Source of the DNA: an uncultured Aquificales bacterium | GTDB lineage: Bacteria; Thermosulfidibacterota; Thermosulfidibacteria; Thermosulfidibacterales; Thermosulfidibacteraceae | Reading direction: 5' to 3' | NCBI GenBank assembly: GCA_964411615.1 | Contig: CAYPLO010000030.1 | Location: 1-13,712, forward strand | DNA: 13,712 nt | In this document: one piece after another, positions 1 to 7,172 of the stretch | Numbering within the stretch: the first letter of the stretch is position 1 | How the letters are laid out: each line of letters starts with the position of its first letter | The notes under the pieces: model-generated | Database searches by the model: none | What the model was told of the DNA's origin: nothing | Seen by the model: only the letters and a program-made list of their open reading frames with translations | Position numbers and translations under genes: made by a program

Positions 1-13
1 AGGAGGTGTGAGG

Positions 14-892
14 ATGCCCGAGTGTGGAGACAGGGTCTGTTCTACCTGCCCCAGCGCTTCAAAATGTTCCCAGAACGAGCAGATAAAGCATCAGGAGGAA
101 CTTTTAAAAAAGCGTATGTCTAAGATAAGGCACAAGCTGATGGTTATGAGCGGTAAAGGGGGTGTGGGCAAAACCACGGTCTCTGTAAACTTGGCCCTTG
201 AGCTTGCAAGAAGGGGCTATAAGGTTGGGCTTCTGGATGCTGATATACACGGTCCCAATGTTCCACTCATGCTGGGGGTTGAAGGTGAGAGGCTGCATGT
301 TACAGAGCAGGGGGTTGAGCCTCTGGTCATCGGAAACAACGAACTGAAGGTGGTCTCCATGAGCTTTCTGCTTCAGAGTCCCGACACCCCCGTTATCTGG
401 AGGGGACCTCTGAAGATGGGGGCTCTTAGGCAGTTTCTGAGTGAGGTTAATTGGGGTGAGCTCGACTTTCTCATAGTGGACCTTCCACCGGGTACGGGGG
501 ATGAGCCCTTGAGCATAGCCCAGCTCATAAGGGATATGGACGGTTCCATCGTTGTGACCACCCCCCAGGAGGTGGCTCTGCTGGATTCCAGAAAGAGTGT
601 GAACTTCTCCAAGAAGCTGGGGGTTCCTGTTCTGGGAATTATTGAGAACATGAGTGGTTTTGTGTGTCCCCACTGCGGTAAGGAGGTGTTCCTCTTCAAA
701 AGGGGAGGTGGGGAGAAGGCTGCCGAGGAGCACGGTGTTCTCTTCCTTGGCAGGATTCCCATAGACCCCAAGATTGTGGAGATTGAGGATTCTGGAAGGC
801 TCATCTTTGAAGCCGGTGGAGACAGCCCCTTCTTCAGGGCCTTTAGAGAGGTGGTGGACAGGCTCCTTGAGGAGCTGGGGGAGAAGAGATGA
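14..892 (+). CDS. mrp: Mrp/NBP35 family P-loop ATPase (Fe-S cluster carrier, ApbC-like)
   Basis: Deviant Walker [40 protein letters not shown] and the C-terminal [14 protein letters not shown] (CxxC) signature. ATG at 14 is preferred over GTG at 8 because AGGAGG (1-6) lies 7 nt upstream. N-terminal CX4CX2CX5C. Confidence 0.96.
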   Translation: MPECGDRVCSTCPSASKCSQNEQIKHQEELLKKRMSKIRHKLMVMSGKGGVGKTTVSVNLALELARRGYKVGLLDADIHGPNVPLMLGVEGERLHVTEQGVEPLVIGNNELKVVSMSFLLQSPDTPVIWRGPLKMGALRQFLSEVNWGELDFLIVDLPPGTGDEPLSIAQLIRDMDGSIVVTTPQEVALLDSRKSVNFSKKLGVPVLGIIENMSGFVCPHCGKEVFLFKRGGGEKAAEEHGVLFLGRIPIDPKIVEIEDSGRLIFEAGGDSPFFRAFREVVDRLLEELGEKR

Positions 893-1470
893 GATGCGCC
901 TACTGTGAAGCCAGGGAGTGTTACACCGGTAAGGACTGCTTCGGCTACGCCCAGAAGAGCTTGGAGGCCTTTGAGGAGGACCGTTGGGCCAGAAAGGTCT
1001 CTGAGGTTGCCACGTCCATAGAGAGTGATGGTTATATGAGGTGGTGCAGGGTGTATGAGGTGGTGGAGTTTGCCAAAAGGATGGGATTTCACCACATAGG
1101 GATAGCCTTCTGTGTGGGTATGGTGAAGGAGGCCAGGAGGCTTCAAGAGATACTGGAGGGATACGGGTTCAGGGTCACTTCTGTATGTTGCAAGATGGGT
1201 GGCATAATGAAGGAGAGGCTGGGCTTTAAGAAGATAAGGCCTGATAGAGATGAGGCCATATGCAACTCCATCGGGCAGGCCATGGCCCTCAACGAGGCAG
1301 GAACTGAACTCAACCTGATAGTGGGCCTCTGTGTTGGACACGATATAGTCTTCACCTCCTACTCTGAGGCTCCCGTGACCACTGTTGTGGTGAAGGACAG
1401 GGTCCTTGCCCATAATCCAGCCGGTGCCCTCTACAGCAACTACTACGCCAGAAACGTCTTCGGGAGGTAG
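889..1470 (+). CDS. DUF1847-family Cys-rich putative metal/Fe-S-binding protein
   Basis: N-terminal CxxC-x4-C, plus [28 protein letters not shown] and [10 protein letters not shown] motifs typical of DUF1847. ATGA overlap with the Mrp stop. Confidence 0.88.
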   Translation: MRCAYCEARECYTGKDCFGYAQKSLEAFEEDRWARKVSEVATSIESDGYMRWCRVYEVVEFAKRMGFHHIGIAFCVGMVKEARRLQEILEGYGFRVTSVCCKMGGIMKERLGFKKIRPDRDEAICNSIGQAMALNEAGTELNLIVGLCVGHDIVFTSYSEAPVTTVVVKDRVLAHNPAGALYSNYYARNVFGR

Positions 1471-1473
1471 CAG

Positions 1474-1707
1474 ATGCCCTACGTGGTCAATCCGTCCCTC
1501 TGCATAGGTTGCGGCAAGTGTGTCAAGGCCTGCCCCAGTAAGGCCATTGTGCTTGTTGACAAGAAGGCGGTTATAAACCATGGCCTGTGCACCTGCTGTG
1601 GTGAGTGTGCCTCTTCCTGTCCCAAAGGGGCTATCTCCTGGGTACCTGGGAGGGTTCTTTGGGGAAGGGGCAGGGGCAGAAGGGGGAGGAGGCGAAGGGC
1701 CCTATAG
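1474..1707 (+). CDS. 2[4Fe-4S] ferredoxin with Gly/Arg-rich C-terminal tail
   Basis: Two CxxCxxCxxxCP motifs ([24 protein letters not shown]). GGAGGT at 1463-1468 is a plausible RBS. Tail [14 protein letters not shown]. Confidence 0.92.
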   Translation: MPYVVNPSLCIGCGKCVKACPSKAIVLVDKKAVINHGLCTCCGECASSCPKGAISWVPGRVLWGRGRGRRGRRRRAL

Positions 1708-2967
1708 TAGCCCTTCCACGAAGGCCTCCACCCTCACCCTTATCTGCTCCGCATCCTCCATGGAGTAGTCCGTCTCTATCTTCAAAACGGGTATCCCCTT
1801 CTCCTTCAGGGCATCGGTAATCTTTTTGGCCTCCACATTGTAGGTGTGGCAGAAGCTCAGGGTGTAGTATATCACTCCGTCCACCTGCTTCTCCCTGCAC
1901 ATATTGAGTATGTTCTGGACCCTCTCCCGGTTGGGGGTGAAGCAGGCGCAGTCTATCTTTGAGTAGCGTTCCAGCATGGAGTTGAGCAGGTCTTCGGTTG
2001 TGTGGCAACCCTCGGTCTTTACATCGTCCCTGAAGTACCTGTGCCCTATGCAGGCCTCTTCTGCCACAACGGCTCCTCCTGAGCTCTCCACTATGCTGTG
2101 GAGCTTCCAGTTGGGGGGTGCCATGGGGCTTCCGGCAACCAGTATCTTTGGGGTTCCCTCGGGGAAGACGGAGAATCCACTGTTTATACGCTCCTCAAGC
2201 TCGTCGCACAGCTCGTTAACCTTTTGGGTGTAGCGGACAGGGTCGTCGTAGAAGGATATCTGGTTGACAAGTAGAACATCCAGTCCCGCTATGGGGATAA
2301 CTCCATCCGAGCATCTGAGCCGGTAGAGTCTCCTCATGGCCTCCCTTTTGGCGTTCACTATCTCTATACCCTTAAGGAGCTGCTGGTAGCCTATCTCCTC
2401 TTTGCACAGCTCTTCCACAGCCTCTTTGAAGGCCTCTATCTCCCGTAGCCAGAGCTCCTTCTCCTTGTCCCCCTTCCTTTGGGGTATGTGCATCACATGG
2501 ACCCTGTGGTGTCTTGATAAGAGCTCCCAGGTCTTCTTCTTGGCCTCGCAGGTGGTCTCTCCGTATATCACATCGGCAAGCTGGGTGTAGGGGCAGGTTC
2601 TCTGGAGCTTGAACCCGTAGGCGGACTTTATCAGGGGGCAGATGTTCCTGGGAAGCTCCGTCTCCGCCTCCGGTATGGGAAACTGGGCGCCTCCGCACAG
2701 GCCGTAGCATGCTCCGCCTGATGCCACCACTATCTCTTCGGGAACGAAGATGCAGAAGGTTCCCACCAAGGGCTTACCCTCCTCTTTGAGCCTGTAGAGC
2801 TCTTCTATCCTCCTTCCGTGTATCTCCGACATGAGCCAGTCAAAGTAGCCCATGGATTGGGGCCTGTTTCTCCTTTGGAGGAAGAGCTCCCCGTATAGAC
2901 CGCCGAGGGCCTCCATGAGCTGCTGGTGCTTTTGCATATCTATGTTGAGCCTTTCCAGAACCTCCAT
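1702..2967 (-). CDS. Double-cubane-cluster-containing anaerobic reductase (2-hydroxyacyl-CoA dehydratase D/HgdB-like family)
   Basis: [62 protein letters not shown] and IETDYS..D..QI..RVEAF.E motifs. 421 aa. RBS AGGAGG on the minus strand (2974-2979). Confidence 0.9.
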   Translation of the reverse strand: MEVLERLNIDMQKHQQLMEALGGLYGELFLQRRNRPQSMGYFDWLMSEIHGRRIEELYRLKEEGKPLVGTFCIFVPEEIVVASGGACYGLCGGAQFPIPEAETELPRNICPLIKSAYGFKLQRTCPYTQLADVIYGETTCEAKKKTWELLSRHHRVHVMHIPQRKGDKEKELWLREIEAFKEAVEELCKEEIGYQQLLKGIEIVNAKREAMRRLYRLRCSDGVIPIAGLDVLLVNQISFYDDPVRYTQKVNELCDELEERINSGFSVFPEGTPKILVAGSPMAPPNWKLHSIVESSGGAVVAEEACIGHRYFRDDVKTEGCHTTEDLLNSMLERYSKIDCACFTPNRERVQNILNMCREKQVDGVIYYTLSFCHTYNVEAKKITDALKEKGIPVLKIETDYSMEDAEQIRVRVEAFVEGLL

Positions 2968-2997
2968 ACTGGCCCTCCTTGGAGATTGTTGGGGTGG

Positions 2998-3028
2998 TTT
3001 TTATCATTGCTTTTGAAGATGGGTCAAA
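2998..3028 (-). promoter_or_regulatory. Candidate promoter/operator for the DCCP gene
   Basis: AT-rich 70-nt intergenic region. Minus-strand TTGACC (3022-3027) with only a weak -10 (TG-a-TAAAAA, 2998-3006). Inverted repeat TTTGA-N7-TCAAA at 3012-3028. Confidence 0.35.
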
Positions 3029-3037
3029 TAGGCAAAA

Positions 3038-4543
3038 TCAATCGGCAACGAAAAGGCACAGCCTCTCTCTCTGATAGGTGCAGCATCCAAGCCTCGTCAG
3101 GTTGAAGGGGAGGTTCACTCTACTCTTTCTGGTGTAGAAGTAGAAGGGAGGGGGTGTGTCTGGGCCTGCCTTCGGAATCCTCCTCACCCCCCAGTACCAG
3201 TACTCGTTGGCCCTGAGGGAACCGTAGACGTAGATGGGCTCATCCCCCACAATCCTTTTGAACTTCTCTATGCATCTTTTTGGGGAGTGGTACAGTCTGT
3301 CTGCCACCGGCTGGTAGAGGTTTGAGTAGCTCAGGGCAAAGAGGGAGCATGCAAGGACCAATGCCACCTTTCTGTTGCCAAGCTTAAAGACGATGGCCGC
3401 TGACACAAGTGATGCTGTGAGGATGCCTGCAGCCAGCAGGTAGGTTCCCCCATGCTTCAACACGGTCCATGTTAGCCAGCTCCCTGAGCCTGCAAGTATA
3501 AGGGATGATGCCACCTGTGGTATTTTAAGGGAGTGTTTTTTTGCCTTCATGAACCCGTAGGCTGCAATCACGGCGGCTGCGGGGTACAGGGGCAGTATGT
3601 AGGATGAGCGCTTGGTATCCGAGATGGAGAAGAGCACAAAGACCACGGTAAACCAGATTATGAACAGGGTGATTCGGGGGTTTCTGTACCTCTTTAGAGC
3701 GTAGGCCGCTGTCGGGATGAGCACCGAGGGCATGGCGAAGTGGGCGGGGAAGTTGAAAATGTAGAAGAAGGGGCCCGTCTTCCACGAGGGGTTGGCAAAG
3801 GCCCTTTTGATGTTGGATTGCAGTATGAACTCCCTCCAGTAGGCTGGTCCCACGGCCAGGGGCCACCAGAGGCACAGTGCAACCAGCAGGAGCAGGGCCA
3901 CGGGCACCCATGGCCACGGAACCCTGTGCCACAGCCCTTCGCTGTAGCAGTAAAGAAACAGAATAATTGCCGGAAGGACCACCGCCACAGGCCCCTTGTC
4001 CATGTATCCCAGCCCGCAGGATGTGGCCCACAGCATGAGCCACATTGGGCTTCTCTTCTCTAAGGCCATGTATCCTGCAAATAATGCAGTGGTTATGAAG
4101 AAGAGAAGCACCATATCCGTCACATCTGCCCTTGCGTATCGGATGAAGAGGAGGGAGCTGGCCAGGAAGAAGCAGGCCCAGAGGCCGAGCTCTTCATCTT
4201 CTGTGTTCGCCTTTACAAGGTAGAAGAGAAGGAGCAGTGTCCCCATGGCCGCCAGAGCAGATGGTATCCTGGCGGAGAACTCGTTCACCTTTCCCCCGTT
4301 GAATGCAATGGATGATAGGGCCACCAGCCAGACCATCAGGGGCGGCTTCACTATCCTGGGATGGCCGTTGTACTCGGGAATCAGCCACTTTCCGTGCTCT
4401 ATGGCGTTCTTTGCCGGGACCAGGTACCTTCCCGCATCTATGTCCCACAGGGATACGGTTCCTAAGGTGGGGAATACGGCCACCCAGGCGAAGAGCAGGA
4501 CCGCAATGAGCTTAAGTGCGTACTTGTTTTTGTCCTCATACAT
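3038..4543 (-). CDS. ArnT/PMT-family (GT-C) polytopic membrane glycosyltransferase
   Basis: Many hydrophobic segments. LWDIDAGRY, W..P.YNG.PR..KPPLMVW, EFSARIPSA, DKGPVA and TKRSSYILPLYP motifs of ArnT-like transferases. Confidence 0.9.
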   Translation of the reverse strand: MYEDKNKYALKLIAVLLFAWVAVFPTLGTVSLWDIDAGRYLVPAKNAIEHGKWLIPEYNGHPRIVKPPLMVWLVALSSIAFNGGKVNEFSARIPSALAAMGTLLLLFYLVKANTEDEELGLWACFFLASSLLFIRYARADVTDMVLLFFITTALFAGYMALEKRSPMWLMLWATSCGLGYMDKGPVAVVLPAIILFLYCYSEGLWHRVPWPWVPVALLLLVALCLWWPLAVGPAYWREFILQSNIKRAFANPSWKTGPFFYIFNFPAHFAMPSVLIPTAAYALKRYRNPRITLFIIWFTVVFVLFSISDTKRSSYILPLYPAAAVIAAYGFMKAKKHSLKIPQVASSLILAGSGSWLTWTVLKHGGTYLLAAGILTASLVSAAIVFKLGNRKVALVLACSLFALSYSNLYQPVADRLYHSPKRCIEKFKRIVGDEPIYVYGSLRANEYWYWGVRRIPKAGPDTPPPFYFYTRKSRVNLPFNLTRLGCCTYQRERLCLFVAD

Positions 4544-4575
4544 GGCTAAATTACTTAAAGAAAGGCTCTGGCCAA
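4524..4575. promoter_or_regulatory. Candidate divergent promoters with overlapping -10 elements
   Basis: Plus strand: TTGTTT (4524-4529)-17 nt-TAAATT (4547-4552). Minus strand: TTGGCC (4570-4575)-16 nt-TAATTT (4548-4553). This is the only gap between the divergent genes. Confidence 0.35.
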
Positions 4576-4590
4576 GTAAAGGGGGATGTT

Positions 4591-4905
4591 ATGAGGGAGA
4601 GAGGCGTTATTGAGAGGGCTTTCCTTTGTGCCATAGGGGCCCTTGATGTGGTGGAGGAGAAGGTGGGGTCCTTTATCAGCAGGCTTGAGGAGCGCGGAGA
4701 GAGGAAGGAGAAGGAGCTGGCGGCGAGGCTGAGGGAGGTGAGGGGGAGGCGTCCCTCCCTCTTTGGCAGGTGCCTCAGGGATATACTAAGGGCCATGGAC
4801 GTTCCCACCGCCTCCGACATCAGGAGGGTTGAGGAGAGGATTTTTCAGATTGAGCAGCTTCTGAGGGAGAAGGGTGAGGAAGGGACAGGTAAGCAGGAGG
4901 ACTGA
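4591..4905 (+). CDS. Phasin/PhaF-like (COG3937-type) small helical protein
   Basis: AFLCAIGA...L..RGE and C-terminal L..MDVPT.SDI..VE.RI..IE pattern of polyhydroxyalkanoate granule-associated-like proteins. ATG at 4591 follows AAGGGGGA and avoids the overlap with the divergent gene that the 4516 start would cause. Confidence 0.7.
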   Translation: MRERGVIERAFLCAIGALDVVEEKVGSFISRLEERGERKEKELAARLREVRGRRPSLFGRCLRDILRAMDVPTASDIRRVEERIFQIEQLLREKGEEGTGKQED

Positions 4906-5452
4906 AGAGACCTCTGTTGAGGTTGAACTGCTCCTCGACGGCAGAGGCCTCTTTGAGGGTTCCGTTCCCTCAGGCTTCTTCCACCACATGCTGAATGCCC
5001 TCTTCAGGCACAGCGGCATCTCCTGCCGCCTCAGGGCGGAGGGCGATGTCCATGTGGACCTGCACCACACCGTTGAGGATACGGGCATCGTCTTGGGAAA
5101 GGCCCTCTCTCAGGCCCTTGGGGACAAGAAGGGCATAGTCAGGTTCGGCCATGCCATAGTCCCCATGGATGAGGCCCTGGTTATGGCCGCTGTGGATATA
5201 TCGGGAAGGGGTTCCTTCTTCATGGAGGGCAGGTTTCCCTCGGACAGGGTGGGGGACTTTCCCGTTGAGCTTGTTGAGGAGTTTTTTGTGGCCTTTGCCA
5301 GAAACGCCGGCGTAACCCTTCACGTGAGGATACTGTCCGGCAGGAACACCCACCACACAGTAGAGGCCCTCTTCAAGGCCGTGGCCAGGGCCCTGAAGGA
5401 GGCTGTGGCTGTGGTATCCGATTCCATACCGAGCACCAAGGGCGTGCTATGA
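4874..5452 (+). CDS. hisB: Imidazoleglycerol-phosphate dehydratase
   Basis: R.T.ET N-terminus, GFFHHML, GD..VD.HHTVEDTGI, PMDEAL, DISGR and N.HH.VEA.FKA signatures, ending IPSTKGVL. GTG start. Confidence 0.98.
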   Translation: MRKGQVSRRTEETSVEVELLLDGRGLFEGSVPSGFFHHMLNALFRHSGISCRLRAEGDVHVDLHHTVEDTGIVLGKALSQALGDKKGIVRFGHAIVPMDEALVMAAVDISGRGSFFMEGRFPSDRVGDFPVELVEEFFVAFARNAGVTLHVRILSGRNTHHTVEALFKAVARALKEAVAVVSDSIPSTKGVL

Positions 5453-6048
5453 TAGCCATTGTGGACTACGGAAGGGGAAACTTGAGAAGTGTTCAGAAGG
5501 CCTTTGAGTATCTGGGGTATGAGGCTAAGGTCACGAGCATCCCTGAGGAGATAATGAAGGCGGACAGGGTGGTCTTCCCCGGGGTAGGGGCCTTCGGCGA
5601 CTGTATGGAGAACCTTAAGGAGAGGGGACTGGTGGAGGTTATAAAGGAGTTCATAGCCAGTGGAAGGCCCTTTCTGGGGATATGCCTGGGCATGCAGCTT
5701 CTCTTCAGTGTAAGCGAGGAGTTCGGTCCCGTTGAGGGGCTGGATGTGGTTAAGGGCAGGGTTGTGAGGTTCCCGGAGGGGTTGAAGGTGCCCCATATGG
5801 GCTGGAACCAGATAGAGATTGTGAGGTCCAATCCCCTTCTTAAAGGTGTAAAAAGTGGAGATTTCTTCTACTTCGTCCACTCCTACTACGTGGTGCCGGA
5901 GGATGAGTCTGTGGTCTCCACCGTCACCTCCTACGGTGTGGACTTTGTCTCCATGATACGCAGGGATAATCTCTTTGCCACCCAGTTCCACCCGGAGAAG
6001 AGTCAGAGACTTGGACTGAGGATTCTGGACAACTTTGCCAGACTCTGA
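5449..6048 (+). CDS. hisH: Imidazole glycerol phosphate synthase glutamine amidotransferase subunit
   Basis: IVDYG.GNL.SV, PGVGAF, LGICLGMQLL (catalytic Cys), VPHMGWN, YFVHSY and QFHPEKS. ATGA overlap with hisB. Confidence 0.98.
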   Translation: MIAIVDYGRGNLRSVQKAFEYLGYEAKVTSIPEEIMKADRVVFPGVGAFGDCMENLKERGLVEVIKEFIASGRPFLGICLGMQLLFSVSEEFGPVEGLDVVKGRVVRFPEGLKVPHMGWNQIEIVRSNPLLKGVKSGDFFYFVHSYYVVPEDESVVSTVTSYGVDFVSMIRRDNLFATQFHPEKSQRLGLRILDNFARL

Positions 6049-6050
6049 GG

Positions 6051-7172
6051 ATGCTTGTTAGGGAAGTTCCCGACACATATCGGAAGCTGTGCATACTTGG
6101 GGTCCACGCCAGGTTTGACGTCTGCTCTCTGTGGGAGGACTCCGATGCCAACGCTCCCATACCCGGTATCTATTACGCCAAGACCAGAAAGGGGCATTTT
6201 CCCCTTCTGAAGGTCCTCTTCACAAACTTCTGCGAGAGGAACTGCCTCTACTGCTCTAACAGAAAGGACAGGGACGGGGGTCCCAGGCTATCCTTCATGG
6301 TTGAGGAGCTGGTGGGGGTTACCTTGGAGCTTTACCTCAAAGGCTACATAAGGGGAATATTCCTCTCCTCTGCAACGGGCCAGTCCCCTGTGGAGACCTT
6401 CCTCAGGATGTGTGAGGTGGCGAAGAGTCTCAGGAAAAGGGGATTCAGGGGCTACATACACCTCAAGGTGCTCCCCGGTGTTCCCTTTGAGATTGTTGAG
6501 GATGTGAGGGGGACGGTGGACAGGCTCTCCTACAACCTTGAGGCCCCCACTTCCCGCCTTCTGAGGGCCCTGAGTGGGGACAAGAGCCTCGGCTATGGCC
6601 TTAAGGTGCTCTCCCGCTTTGGCGGTTCCACCCAGTTTGTGGTGGATTACGGTGGGGATTCCGACAGGGACTACCTGCTCATGACCCAGCGCCTCTACGG
6701 AATGGGGGTGAAAAGGGTCTACTTCAAGGCCTTTGTCCCCGTAAGGGGAACGCCCATGGAGCACCTTCCACCGGGTAGCCTTCAGAGGGAGCACAGGCTT
6801 TACCAGGCATCTTTCCTGATGAGGGACTACGGATTCAGCGCTGAGGAGCTTCTGGATGGAAGGGAGACCCTTGAGGGCAGGGATGTGAAGCTGTCCTGGG
6901 CCATAAGGCACCCTGAGCGTTTCCCCGTAGATTTGGCCCGGGCATCCTACGGCGAGCTGCTTCGGGTTCCGGGAATAGGACCCAGAACTGCCCGCAGGAT
7001 AGTTGAGCTGAGGAGAAGGGGGGAGCTCTCGGCTGAGGGTTTGAAGAAGCTTCTTCCATGTTTTAAAAAGACGGCGAAGTTTGCCCTATTTAACGGCAGG
7101 AGGTTGGCCGAGGATGGTGATAAACTCCCTGTGCTACCCCTGTTTTCTCAGGCAGGTGCTCTCCGTCTGTAG
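6051..7172 (+). CDS. Putative DNA modification/repair radical SAM protein with helix-hairpin-helix (TIGR03916-like)
   Basis: LLKVLFTNFCERNCLYC (CxxxCxxC), GIFLSS, FRGYIHLK..PG, STQF, REHRLYQASFLMRDYGF and the HhH LLRVPGIGPRTARRI. Confidence 0.88.
   Translation: MLVREVPDTYRKLCILGVHARFDVCSLWEDSDANAPIPGIYYAKTRKGHFPLLKVLFTNFCERNCLYCSNRKDRDGGPRLSFMVEELVGVTLELYLKGYIRGIFLSSATGQSPVETFLRMCEVAKSLRKRGFRGYIHLKVLPGVPFEIVEDVRGTVDRLSYNLEAPTSRLLRALSGDKSLGYGLKVLSRFGGSTQFVVDYGGDSDRDYLLMTQRLYGMGVKRVYFKAFVPVRGTPMEHLPPGSLQREHRLYQASFLMRDYGFSAEELLDGRETLEGRDVKLSWAIRHPERFPVDLARASYGELLRVPGIGPRTARRIVELRRRGELSAEGLKKLLPCFKKTAKFALFNGRRLAEDGDKLPVLPLFSQAGALRL

Noticed and set aside
104..733. 209-aa antisense ORF within mrp, and similar shadows at 5320-5991, 6288-6911 and 9001-9633
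   Set aside because: All lie opposite well-supported genes and have the His/Leu/Pro-rich composition expected from reverse-complemented codons.
373..1581. 402-aa antisense ORF spanning mrp, DUF1847 and ferredoxin
   Set aside because: No recognisable motifs. It is codon-aligned antisense to two real genes that rarely use TTA/CTA/TCA, and its remainder is Ser/Pro-rich shadow sequence.
4516..4590. ORF-track upstream starts (4516, and likewise 8, 7081, 8953)
   Set aside because: Downstream ATGs (4591, 14, 7114, 9022) have better SD spacing, match family N-termini and reduce overlaps.
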